Notes: generated by a model from the letters alone, not told the origin. A stretch of DNA of 63,287 nt, filler included, from Gonapodya sp. JEL0774 (GCA_027604505.1; 34 parts of 34 records of this genome joined end to end with filler, not necessarily neighbours in it), one strand, 5' to 3'. Positions 48,982 through 61,434 are shown, counted from the whole stretch's first letter. Translations and numbers: made by a program.

Positions 48982-51359
48982 AAGATTTTGGAACACGTCC
49001 AGAGAGACTGCCTGACAGCGTCGGGACCTACACAACAGACGTTCACAGGACCGTGAGCTTAATGCAAACTACCGACGCTTTGTAAATGCCCGAGCAAAGA
49101 TCAACAGGACAAACGGGGAATCTCTGTTGACTTGTAAATGCAATCAATGGAACAATATTGATGTTATGTAACCCAAGTTCATTCTCATTGATACGAAACA
49201 AAAAGCAACTATTGTGAAGGGTTTGATACCCAAAGTTCCGTGATGGCGTCCTGCGGAGCACATTCATTCGCTCAATGCACGTGGATCGAGAGGATCGGAG
49301 GATGGTATTGCGGACGTAGAGTAAGAGAACGTACATTTTAAATATTGTTATATCACCAGCCTGCTGGTATCATGCGCTATTCCTCAGTTTCCACTTGTGG
49401 AGTCCCTCGCACTGGATTTCTGTTCGGCAGTCCCGCTGGTGCATTCAAAACTTCATCCGGCGGCACCCAGCTCGAAAAGCTCCGCAGTTCAACGACGTCC
49501 GAAGGAATGAGCGGCACCGCAGTCGATTTGAATTGCGACACCCCGGATGATGGCCGCGCCATACCGGTACTCGTGATCCCTGGACCTCGCACGTCGTCAC
49601 CATCAAAGGTGTGATTCGAGCTCCCACTTGACGTGCTAAATGATCCCGTCCAGCGCGAAGAGAGTGATCGCATACCGTTGACGCTTGTTGACCGTGGGAA
49701 CAGAGTCCTTTGGCCGTGGGACTCCAAGCGGTTTACCTGCAGGGAGGCGCCGTTGAGAATGTAGTTGAGTGGTCCAAGATCGAGGCAATCGCTGTAATTT
49801 TTTTTTTTTTTTTTNNNNNNNNNNNNNNNCCTCACTCTGTGTCTTTTCTTTTCTTTTTTTGTGGGGGGGGGGGTGGGGGGCCCCGCGAGAGATGAATCAC
49901 ATTAAAGCGGTCGCAAAGTTTTTGCAAATAAAGAGCGCACTCACACCGGGCTAGCCATGAATGGATCGGATCATGCATGATAATGGAAAGCTGAATTCAG
50001 GCCGACTGAGAAGGTTTCATTCTCTAAAACTTACAATGCTCCAATAGCACCCGTGTTGACCTGCAAGTAAGCGTCACGGACAGTCGTGAGTATCCGAAAG
50101 GTTGTGGGAACTCTTCACAATAGCAACTCACATTCGTTCCCATGGACCACCCATCTTGGAACACGAGATGAACGATGACCATGTCGCCATGTGCCAGCTG
50201 AATTTCGTCATCCCGAAGGGCAGTGTACTGTGGGATAGCAGCGTACTGAGTGTCATTCGAATGTCACATCAACAAAATAAAGACGTCACCTCTCCNNNNN
50301 NNNNNNNNNNNNNNNNNNNNNNNNNNNNNNNNNNNNNNNTTAATTAATTAANNNNNNNNNNNNNNNNNNNNNNNNNNNNNNNNNNNNNNNNNNNNAGGGC
50401 AAGCTCCAGCTCAATCGATCGACGAGTCCGCCGTCCCGCAGATCGTGAAAGAGATGCTCAAGGTATTCCGACCTGATGCAGTTCGGAGCTCGGACCAGAT
50501 CGCCGCGGTGAGTTAGACTTACAACCCGGTGTTGCATATGTCGATCGTTTACGAAGATGGCAACCTCTCTCTGTGCAGACCATTCTCGACCAGCTACGAC
50601 AAGGGTCCAAAATCGATTTGAAGGCGTTTAAATTCGCTTGATTCCCGTGACCGGCCCGGGTGACGAGGGACTGAGTTTTCCGGGCTTATATCATACTCGC
50701 CACGTATACAATGCTTTTTTCTTGGACGGATTGTGAGGTGTTTTGTTATGAAATGTTGAGAGTGGTATGTACACCGCTCCAAGGCACAGCGAAAGCCTGT
50801 GTGTCGAAGATGTACAGAGTCAAAAATCTGAAAAGGGGACGCGTTGGAGTGTCGATGCCAACACCTTTCATACCCGTCATATCTTGTCAAGATTAGGATG
50901 GCTGGTTTGAGTGTGTTGTGGTTGTGATTTCTTGTGGATTTTAATATGCTGTCCCAAACCAGCTGAGTGGGATCCACCGTGATCAGTTGCATACACCAGG
51001 CCGGGAAATGCAAGGGACGGGCGCTGACCATTCTTATTCGCAGAGATTAAATATTTGTTTGGACTGTTATGTTTAAGCCGGTCCCGTGTATTGAGTCTTG
51101 GGTGATCATACGTACTCTGTATATCATAAACATGATCCCCTCAGGGGATGTCCAAACAGCGGCAGATAGTGAACCCAAATACACAAATCTTCTCTTTTAC
51201 GCCATTACTTGGATCGCCCGATCTCCGCGCCGGGTGAAGTTGGTGGGATGCTTGGCGGGAACAGGCCCAAGTAAGAACAGCTGGCCGGTGGAGGGGTCTC
51301 ACTATAAAGGAGCCCACGTTCCAGACCTCGTTCATTCCCCAATCGCAGCTCAAAGCATC

Positions 51360-52121
51360 ATGAACACGTTCAAAACATCCCAAAGCGTCGTGAACACTCT
51401 CAAAGCGAAGGCTCCCAAGGTCGTCTTTCTCATGGCCGACCACGGACATGATCCAACAGGTGAGAATGGAACCTCCAAAGTAGTCAGTCGTGACAGCTGC
51501 CGTATGTGACATGTCGACCTTCTTAGAAACGTCCATTCCTTGGAAAGCATTCCACTCTGCCAATCTCGATATCTCTTTCGCCACCGAAACTGGAAAGCAA
51601 CCCGAATGCGACCAACGGATGCTCTCGGGCCCGCTCGCAGCCCTCTTTGGTGCCGCGGAGCCAGCTAAAACCGCGTATGCATCTTTATGCGAGTTCCCAG
51701 CGTTCCAGAAACCGCGGTCTTGGAGCGATCCATCCTTCAATCTGGAGGAATTCGACATGGTGTTCTTACCGGGCGGTCACGAAAAATCGATCCGCCAAAT
51801 CCTCGACTCAGACCGAGTGCACAAACTTCTCGCGGCGTACTTCCCACTCACCAAAAAGCCGTCCTCCAAGAGTTTGGTTGCCATTTGTCACGGGGTGCAG
51901 TTGCTCGCTGCCTCCACATACGAGAACGGGAAGAGCGTGCTCGCAGATGTCACCACGACTTCGCTCCAAGACTTTCAAGAGCAGAGCATCTACCAAGTTA
52001 CGCGGCTCTTTGTTGGGGATTACTACCGGACACATGGAGCCGACGCACCAACTGTGGAGAAGTTTGTCACGGATAGGCTCGACAGCCCCACTCAGTTTCA
52101 AAAGAGCTTGAGTTTTGCACC
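51360..52121 (+). CDS. DJ-1/PfpI family (class I glutamine-amidotransferase-like) protein
   Basis: MADHGHDPT|E (intron 51460-51526), FLPGGH and the VAICHG nucleophile elbow. Confidence 0.9.
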
Positions 52122-52349
52122 GTGAGTTGATGATCCGTGGGCCACACTGAGTGNNNNNNNNNNNNNNNNNNNNNNNNNNNNNNNNNNNNNNNNNNNNTTA
52201 ATTAATTAANNNNNNNNNNNNNNNNNNNNNNNNNNNNNNNNNNNNNNNNNNNNTCGATTCAACTTACAATATGACACGAGGTACCAAATTACGTATTCGA
52301 CAGAAATCTCGTTTATCAACTGTTCTCATTTGAAATTCCCAATCATGCG

Positions 52350-53061
52350 TCACACGTGAAGTTGGTCCGTATTTCTGTTCACGCGCTCACTCCTATTATG
52401 TACTACTTCCTGTCCAATCCCAGTTTTCTCCGATGTTTCTCCACGATGCTCACTCCCTCCTGATGCATCTCCGAGTCCCTGAAGCTCCACAGGAGCTTGG
52501 GTCAACGTGGCCCCTGCCACGTACAGCCCCTTTCGCAAGAGCAGTCGGATCACGTGGTACCAACCCATCTCCAGCGCCACTTGGAGGAGCACGTCCTGGT
52601 TCCCACCGTTCAGCTCGGCTCCGTGGTCCAAGAGCGATGTGATCATGCGCGAACGACCTGCCCACACCGCAGCGGTGACCGCACTGCGCATGGCGAAGTC
52701 GTCGTGTTCGGGGGCAGTTCTAAAGATCCGGAGGGAACAGAGACGACAAGTCATTTCCCGTCGAGGCAATTACACCGGCTCCTCCTCCTCGGACCTTCCC
52801 TGCCGCCGTCCGTTCCACGCGCTGTACAATATGCTCCACAACCCGCGTCACCCCAGGCTCCACCCTCCACCCTTCCACCACGACCGCCTTGGTCGGACTC
52901 TTGTACCACGAGAGTGACCTGGCGGCGATGTTTGACGGAGTGCGGAAAATGCGGGCGAGCGTGCAGTTCAGGCAGGGACGAGGCGGTGCGGGAGATGCTC
53001 GCCGAGGGAGAGAAGGACCTCGGGGGGTAAGAAGTCGAGGGAAGGGGTTGTGAAGGACATG
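52350..53061 (-). pseudogene. Decayed F-box-like/ankyrin-repeat gene
   Basis: LDFLPPEVLLSLGEHL, IFRTPSNIAAR..WY and ankyrin segments (LLDHGAELN; LLQVALEMG..VIRLLL.KG) lie in different frames, separated by stops. Confidence 0.7.
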
Positions 53062-54394
53062 GGGACAGGCGGTTGGAGAATGCGGGTTGATGGTGATGCG
53101 TGCAGATGGCTTTGGTCTGTCATGGTGGGATTTGTCCCGGGATGTTCGCGATAAGTATGGGCGGTCGCGTTTCTATTCGCAAAGTCGCACGCCCGCTCTT
53201 TTGGCTCTTTGCTTCCTGAGTCAGCAGAAAACGGGATGATGCCCTGAAGATGGAATATTTACCACTGACAGGGAGTACACAAACTCCAACAGACTAATAA
53301 AAATGCGAAATCACCTTTCCAACTCGCAATCCATCGCACGCTATGCTGCTTTTCTTGGTACCCCTACCCTCTCCCCTTCCTCGGGGACCCATCACGCAAC
53401 AGTCAGTCTTGATATGGACGTACCTACACGTTCGTCACAAATGGACACCGCGGGCCAGCGACCATGGATGGACTGGAGATCGTGGGAAACTTCGGGCACA
53501 ATAGAATGAAGGGTTGATTTAGAGAAAGGATCATGGTGTCGTTCGCACCATCCTCTCCCTCGAGTGGTGTCCCCCCCATCTGCACCGCGATGTACTCAAA
53601 TCAATGAAAAGCCTGCACCCGATTCTGACCACATAATTTGTACCAAAAGTAAAGATGTGCACACACGTCGTGTCCTACCACCTCCAGACCTTTGCATATT
53701 GCGATCTGTGGCGAGCATGAAAGCCCCGACGAGCCGCAGCCTAGTCCGAAAGATGCGACTGAGGTTTCTGGAGTTCCTTCTGTCCCACCCCCAACACCAC
53801 ACGGTACGCTGTCACTTCCTCTGTCCTGTACACCTCGTGTAGCCAACAGACCACCCAGGAGAGCTCGAGGTGTTTGTCTCCTATCCACTGAACCTGACCG
53901 TTGCGGCCACCACGTCGCTTGATGGCGCTTCGACGCTCTCTATTGATGTGCTTACGGGACTTGTGTGCGGTTCGTCCAGTAAAGCTTTCCTGGTTCGACA
54001 CCCCACGCCGANNNNNNNNNNNNNNNNNNNNNNNNNNNNNNNNNNNNNNNNNNNNTTAATTAATTAANNNNNNNNNNNNNNNNNNNNNNNNNNNNNNNNN
54101 NNNNNNNNNNNAGTTTCATCCGTAAATGTGTAAGTTGTGATTGACGGCGAATGTGGCCTCCAGTCAAACTCACAATACAGTCTACATTTGCATTGAATTG
54201 TGAAGAGAAAGTGTAAATAAAGAAATAAAGAAATCCATTGTGAAGACCAGAAGCAGCTACGATCACCAGTGAGGACGGTTGTGCCTGCAGGGATCATTCC
54301 CTGGCACGAAGCGGGCGCTTCGGTGCAGTCAACCATCACTCTCCGTTTTCCCTTTCCAGCTCGTGAAGTGCCGGGGAAAATGTTCAGAAAAGCG

Positions 54395-55867
54395 ATGCCG
54401 TCAAGCGGCCTTGGCTTCTTGACGTTCGTGGTGCTCGTACTTTCTGTGACCGCCCAAACTACTCTTCTACCGAAGGGCTCTCTCTGCAAGGCGGATTCGG
54501 ACTGCAGAAACGGCAACTGTAAGTCATCGCTCCTTAGTACTGGGTGAATGCGCCTTGCCTGAGTGCTGATGGGGTGTCTATCTGAACGTTTTCGCGAAAT
54601 GCCCCCTGACGCTTTTGCCGAACCGCTCTCCAGGCCAATCGAGTCCAGATATCAATGGACAGGGTATTTGCTTCTGCAACGCCAATGGCCAGTGGACGTG
54701 GGGCACAAGTTGGTGCCGTTTCGTTCCACCACCTTTGATTGTTCTGATTGCTGAGGGAGGACATTCGCAACATTTCTCGCAGATTTAAAATGTGGCGCTA
54801 GTGGAGTTGAATTCCGTTGCGGGACCGCTGGTTGGTCTCCGATACCCGCCCCTGGTTTGCCCTGCCCGACCACAACTACAGTCATGACGTGAGAACTGCA
54901 ACTGCGCCAAATGGGAGTGAATAGCATCAGATTTAATGCATCCTCAAATTTCTCCAAAATCAGGACTGTCAAGACTACCGATTTACCAATGTGAGCCTCA
55001 GGATATGCTCCCGTCCCCTAATGCACAAATTGCCAACTCTCTTTCGGAAATGTCTCACAGGTCCTCGCAGTCACTCTTAACCACCACACAGACTACAACA
55101 AGTGATAAGCCAACTACAACGGCTGAAGTACCGATGTGAGTTTGTCTTGAATACACTGCACCGTCAGCTCATTCAACGAAAGTTTGCACGTCGATCTTGT
55201 TGGACAACAGATCCACCACATTAGACAGCTCGACCAGTGAAACACCTTCTTCCACTACTGAAAAGACGATGTGAGTTCACAAAAGGATGTTGCCTCATTG
55301 CTTCGACTCACTGTAGTTCCTCCCACCAACAGATCCATTACCGAGACTCCGATTTCCACCACTGAGAGCACGGCGAGTAAGACCCCTTCGTCCACCACCG
55401 AAGTAACGACGTAAGTTGATTTGAGGTATAGCGAGTCAGCGGCTCAAGCTGAAAGACTGATTCTCACTTGGCTCAGCGACAGTTCTACCACAACAGAGAG
55501 CACGACCAGTGAGACACCTTCTTCCACCACTAAAGAGGCGACGTGAGTTTCCAACGGGATGGTGTCTTGTTGCTTCAGCTCAATATAGGTCCTCCCACCA
55601 ACAGATCCACTACTGAGACTCCCTCTTCCACCAAGGAGAGTACGACAAGTGACACTCCTTCCTCCACAACTGAGGCAACGACGTAAGTTGATTTGATGCA
55701 TAGCGAATCAGCGCCTCAAGCCCTAAATCTGATTCTCACTTTGCTCGGCAACAGATCTACCACTTCAGAAAACACACCCAGTGAGATACCTTCTTCCACC
55801 ACTGAAGAGACGACGTGAGTTCCACAAAGGGATGTTGTCTAGTTGCTTCAGCTCAATATAGGTCCTC
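54395..55867 (+). CDS. Secreted Cys-rich protein with a Ser/Thr/Glu/Pro mucin-like stalk encoded by micro-exons
   Basis: Signal peptide (FLTFVVLVLSVTA), CKADSDCRNGNC.. Cys domain, then 27-, 75-, 60-, 78-, 60-, 78- and 60-nt exons. Confidence 0.8.
55211..55867 (+). repeat. 272-bp tandem repeat (two exons plus two introns per unit), about 2.4 copies
   Basis: Exon A starts at 55211, 55483 and 55755; exon B at 55333 and 55605. Confidence 0.9.
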
Positions 55868-56111
55868 NNNNNNNNNNNNNNNNNNNNNNNNNNNNNNNNN
55901 NNNNNNNNNNNTTAATTAATTAANNNNNNNNNNNNNNNNNNNNNNNNNNNNNNNNNNNNNNNNNNNNTTTTGAATACTATACTGCGTAAATATACAGCTC
56001 CGTCTCTCTCTAACTTCTGCATCGTGTGAGAGAGTGCGGGAGGAGGTGCGTGCACGACCTCAGCCGTTCTGGTTTCAGTCCCGCGATCTCTTTCTGCATC
56101 CATCCAAATCC

Positions 56112-57723
56112 ATGCAGCATTCTAGCGTGCTCGCCTCCTCTGGCCTCGACACCAATGAATCTTCTTATACACGGAATCCTTTACTTGCCCGTCCCCGAAG
56201 CTTCATTGCCGACGAGAAGCCTCCTGTCATTCGTGAATCACTCCCTCAATCCCCAGGCAGAGACCCAACGACAACCGAGCGACCAATGATGGAATCGCAC
56301 TCTCCTCCCAGCGATCGTGGATCGAAATTTGATATCGTTCAGGAGCTGTTCCAGATCGGGGATTCGTCAACAGGTGTGTCCGAGGGGACAACGCACGCAT
56401 CCGCGCCAGCAGCCTGACCGTACTCGGTGGGAAATTCACGACTTGAGGCCACGATATGGATAAACCTTGGGATCGGGATCTCCCTCTTATCAAGCGAGTG
56501 GTGAGTTGGGTATGAACAAACATATGTTGTTCCGCGAAAGACGATCTCCTTTGGCTTCTCCAGATATGGGCGATTCTGTGGCTTTGTGCGGCTGGCTTCT
56601 TGGCGTACTAGTAAGTGACGATCCCCGATGCATCTCGCCCGTGCTCCACTTTTCACTTGCACGCGCACTTCTGTGGTCAACTCCGCCCCCGCCACCCCGT
56701 AGCTTGCGAAATCAATATAACGTATGTGCTCAACTTTAATAGGTCTCGGCCTGTCGCCCTCAATTCTCTCCGACTCTCAATCTGTTCCGTAATTGTCAAC
56801 ATTACCCGTTGCAGTATATGATGACAAATCCCACCTCCACCTCCGTTTCATACTCATGTGGGCCCTTTCTTGTACTTCACGAGCGGTTTTATTGAGCGCT
56901 GTCGCAACTTTATCTCCTGTGCCACAGACACAAATCCCTTCCCTTTCCCGACTCTCACCATTTGTCTCCGATACGATTTTGATCCCAGTGCAATCGAGCG
57001 TCTACTGACCCGGGATAATTCCTCCATGGGTGTTCAATGCACCTTCGGTACGAGTTCCATCAAATCTTCTCGATCCAGCACTGAAGACTGTCGAGGGGAC
57101 TTCGGTGTCGAGTTTGTAGACTGGCCGTTTGGTGTAGCGTCCTCTGTGTGCCTTAGCTTCAACCCAGGATCTACCACTACCAACCGGACCGCCACTACGC
57201 GAGGAACCGTAATGAAAATCGAAGGGTCTGGCTTTCACACTAACGACGATTTACGATTCATGGTCCACAGTAAGAACTCGAGCTACTATCCTTTACAAGG
57301 ACAGCGTATCGAGATCGGATCCATCGTCACGAATACGTTTTCCCGCTCCTCCGTTTCTCTGATCAAGAACTGCAACTCCGACTCCAACTACGACCAACTC
57401 GCATGCTACAGACAATACGAGCAGTCTTGCATCACCCGCGTGTGTAACTGCTCCTACATATCTCTCGAAACGATCAGATACTCCACCGCAACCGGTGGCG
57501 ACACGTGCCAGGATCGGTATTGGGACTCCACCCTCTACTCCAGCAGTTGCTTCGCCTCGAATACACTACCGTGCAATTCAGATGGATCTAACAAAACTTG
57601 CTCGCTGGCGGATGTGTGTTCCGAGAGCATGATGAACAAGCTGTGTCCCGACGTCAGCTGTGGGTGGGACGAGTGGAATTTGAGGACCAGTACTGTAACG
57701 GCAGCTGCGACAGATCCTACGCA
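56112..57723 (+). CDS. Deg/ENaC/ASIC-superfamily ion channel subunit, 3'-truncated
   Basis: Exons 56112-56373, 56448-56500, 56564-56610, 56703-56721, 56815-56857 and 56928-57723 splice in frame to give STGHD..KRVIWAILWLCAAGFLAYY..NPTSTSV..FPFPTLTIC, then CTFG, CLSFN, RFMVH and a Cys-rich thumb. Confidence 0.82.
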
Positions 57724-57839
57724 NNNNNNNNNNNNNNNNNNNNNNNNNNNNNNNNNNNNNNNNNNNNTTAATTAATTAANNNNNNNNNNNNNNNNNNNNN
57801 NNNNNNNNNNNNNNNNNNNNNNNCTCTTTTCGTTCATAG

Positions 57840-58490
57840 GCCGCGGTCAAGCTACAGTCCCTTCTTCGCCCTGGAGGTATTCTCCTGGCCGACGAATTCT
57901 CTCGTGACGAGGTCACCGAAGCCGCTGCGAAGTTCCTCTTTGACCGTATCGATCTGTTCCGCGCAATGGGGCTTATGGAGGACAGTTCTGGCCATTCTCA
58001 CAGCAACGCCCACGATCATGGTGGAGAGAAGACACACGACCACGGGCATGGAGGTGAGAGTCGTGCGACTCGACACGACCACAGCCACCGTCATGGAAGC
58101 GAATCGAATCACGACGCATCTGGACCCCGGTCTAATCTGACATATGTCCACGGTCACGGATCTGTTGGCTCATCGTCTGATGGGGGCCCCCGCGAGGGGC
58201 TACGTGGTATGCCACCTTTGGATAGATGGAAACGCATGACATCCCACAACCCTCCACTTCCCGGAGGAGCGGAGATGCTCGCCGCGCTCAAGGCAGGATT
58301 TGGGGAAGAAAATGTTGTTGTCATCAAAGGGGATCCTTCTCTGTACCTTATGGGGACGCTGCGTGTGAAGATATCCGAGGAGCACCGAACAACGTTTGAA
58401 GAGGTTTTCAAGGCTCAAGAGGAAGAGAGTATTCAGAACAAGCTATTTCCTGGGATCGGAGCTTTGTACAAATGCCGAAGGTCGCAATAG
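57840..58490 (+). CDS. Class I SAM-dependent methyltransferase, last exon, with His-rich insert
   Basis: After a TAG acceptor: SLLRPGGILLADEF (post-motif II), then an HDH/HSH/HGH-rich loop. Confidence 0.7.
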   Translation, partial: AAVKLQSLLRPGGILLADEFSRDEVTEAAAKFLFDRIDLFRAMGLMEDSSGHSHSNAHDHGGEKTHDHGHGGESRATRHDHSHRHGSESNHDASGPRSNLTYVHGHGSVGSSSDGGPREGLRGMPPLDRWKRMTSHNPPLPGGAEMLAALKAGFGEENVVVIKGDPSLYLMGTLRVKISEEHRTTFEEVFKAQEEESIQNKLFPGIGALYKCRRSQ

Positions 58491-58664
58491 ATATCAGTTT
58501 CTGACTTGAGCAGTGTGTATTCTTCCGTGTGGTCATCACCAGTCGTGATCAGTAGACGACAGTGGAGCAAGGATAGATGCACATCTAACCTTACAGCAAG
58601 TTACAACTATTCTCCGCTACTCCGTGAGTATATGCAAAAAGCGCGGAGATCCTCGAATTGTTCT

Positions 58665-59452
58665 TCATTTCTTCACATCCGAATTATCGCGACCCTGGCC
58701 AAGATCAGCAGTCGACATCATAACCTTCGGTTGTGCCGGCTCTTGAGCGGTGGAGCTCTTCGCCTTCATTTGATCATCGCCTAGACGGTTGATAGTATGT
58801 GGAATTTCTAATGTTGTGCCTGATCTCTTCACGGCTCCGTTTCCTGTAGCAAGAGCCCTCCAAGCTTTCGCAGTTTCCGCGTTTTCAAACCGCATGACTT
58901 TCACAGTGCGACTTTGCTTTTCATTTTTCGGGAACGTGAGGGAAAATGCTGGGAGCTTGGACTTGCGATCAACACTTCCAGTCCCCGTAGAAATCTCAAC
59001 GAGATCTACTGTGCCGCCTGGAGCCAGATGGAAGGTTTCAGGGGGCATCTTACTTTCCGAGTTCCCTTCAAAGACGATCAAGCCCAATGATGGGAAGTAG
59101 CAGATGGTTTGACGGACCCAGTTTTTGCGGAAGAATGATGTGGACAGCACCCGGCATTTGCCTCTGATCATCTAGGCGAAACAAGGCATTTTTCAACGAC
59201 CTGTATGTGCGAGTTTTCCTTTGAGATATGTACCTGCACGGATACTGCTTGTCCGTCCAGCGTCTTTGCGATACCGTAGAGCTCATTGTCATTGCAGCCA
59301 TTCATGGACAACACCTGACCATCGTTCACAACATGCGATCCAAGGTCCATCGAATGTGGAAGACCACTCGAGGGCTTGGAGTAACTCAGTTCATCGTCAG
59401 TTTGAGCCTTCTTCAAGTTCCGCCTTGCGGAGAGAAGCCGTGGGATAAACAA
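58665..59452 (-). CDS. PH-like domain protein fragment
   Basis: KNWVRQTICY...LIVFEG, AFSLTF and MRFENAETAKAWRAL follow the PH-fold pattern. Confidence 0.5.
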
Positions 59453-59679
59453 TAGCCAAACAAAAACTCTTCAGAAGATTTGTGGAATCGATTTGAGTTA
59501 GGATCCTCAATTGCAAAGGATTTCGAGGAAGTAAAAACTTACAGGATGGTGATGATTGAGGATATCGAAACAAAAACGANNNNNNNNNNNNNNNNNNNNN
59601 NNNNNNNNNNNNNNNNNNNNNNNTTAATTAATTAANNNNNNNNNNNNNNNNNNNNNNNNNNNNNNNNNNNNNNNNNNNN

Positions 59680-61434
59680 ACAACGACCGCGAAGTCCACG
59701 TCGCTTCCCACTCCCACAACCTCTCTTCCTCTCCGCACGCCGGCGCCTCCTCCACCACCAGTCGCACCCATCCGCGCTCCACCCCCACGTGCGTTTACCG
59801 CGTCGACTCGGGCAAAGCTGGGTCTTTTGGAGGCTGAGATTGCGGCCGCGGTAATTCCGCCTGTTGGTTCGAGTGGGACTCCGGCCGCGAAGCATATGCC
59901 TTCGCCTCCGTTGACGCCAGTGCCGGCTGGGAGGAGTGTGGGGAGCACCGTAGACGGTTCGGTAGTATCGACATATTCGTCTATCAAGTCGTCGCAATCC
60001 CTGGTATCGTCTCAGACTTCGGTTGGCGTGAGCAAGGAGGTGCAATCTAGCAGCCCGGTCGTACTAGATGTCGCGGCCCTCGTTCACGCTCCGCCGAAAC
60101 CTCCGCCATCACCAGTTTCCCTGGCATTATCTGCAACCAGACCACTGTCGACGGCTGTATCCGCGGACATGGCGCCGCCTCCGTCGCCGTCGTTGGTGTC
60201 GCAGGTCTTGCCCACTGCGAAGACTGCACCTCCCACGGATCAGACACTTTCTCTCCAGCCCACGGCAACACCGTCTCCTCTCTCCCAGGCCGGTGCGGCC
60301 ATGTCTGCGCAGGCTGCTCCTCCGCCAACGTTCTCCGCTCAGGGTCTCAGTACCGCGGGACGTTCACCCACTCCGACCGCCTCATCGTTCGCCAGCGTCG
60401 ACGCCCTCAAAGCACACTTATCATCAACCCATGACCCACTCACTCGTTTCCACCTGGTCAGGTCCTACTCCGTATCCAACCCCAATCTCCATCCTCGAGA
60501 TCACGCTCAGATTTGGGGTCTGGTTCCCTTCGCCCGTCTCAGCGTAGGGGTCCTCACCACCGCGCTCGCCGATCATGCGGTACCTCTCGAGCTCCTCCTC
60601 GACGGCGCAGCGTTCAAAATCTCACCGGGAAGTGGCGCAACCGACGACTTGATTGTGAGCTATTCGTCGGATCTGTTCCATGCGGTGGTGGAACATGCCA
60701 TCGATGTGGGGTTGTGGACGCATGCTCAGACATTCAAAATCGTCAGGACGTATATCTTGGCACATCCAAACGAGGAACAGGGACCCGGTTTGTTTGGGAA
60801 GGGCATTGGCAGCATGATTCCGTCTTCGGCAGGCCTCTCTCCCGCTTCTCCGGTGAAGACAACTAGTTTCTTCAATTCCCTATTGGGAAGTGGGTCCAGC
60901 AAGACCAACGGAAAGCAATCCCCCATACCCAGCGCACCGGGAAAGCAGTCACCTGTCCCGAGCATGCAGGGAAAGCAGTCGCCGGTCCCGAGCACTTCTG
61001 GGAAACACTCTCCGCTTCCCACTTCCCTCTCTACTGGAAAACTGTCACCTGCGCCAAGCAACTACGGTACATTGACTCCTCCCCCAGGTACTAGTCCTGG
61101 GATGCTCTCTCCGGTTCCGAGCTCTCCAGTGCAGCCCGCACCGTCTCCAAGTCCCACCCCGCCATCAGGTGGACTCAACGGTGAATACCCCGATGAGATG
61201 GATGAAGAGGAAGATGAAGATGATGGTGAGGTCGAATGGGAGGTGAAGGAGGTGCATCCGATTGGCAAAGAGGAAAGGGAAGGTGCGGCCCTTTCCCCGA
61301 ATTGGAAGTGAGTAGCTCGAACCATCTGGGCATGTTGGACTGCTTCGAGTTTGTTTTAGTCGCTAACCATGCTCTCCTGTGTATTTGATTATTATCTAGG
61401 AACCCGTTCCATCCTGAAGATGAGTCACAAATCG
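59680..61434 (+). CDS. Pro/Ser-rich hypothetical protein with GKQSPxPS repeats
   Basis: Frame open from the contig edge for over 540 codons, followed by a GTGAGT..TAG intron. Confidence 0.6.

Noticed and set aside
1..57723. MscS-like, PMCA and ENaC genes as an ion-signalling cluster
   Set aside because: They sit on separate, artificially joined contigs; there is no linkage information.
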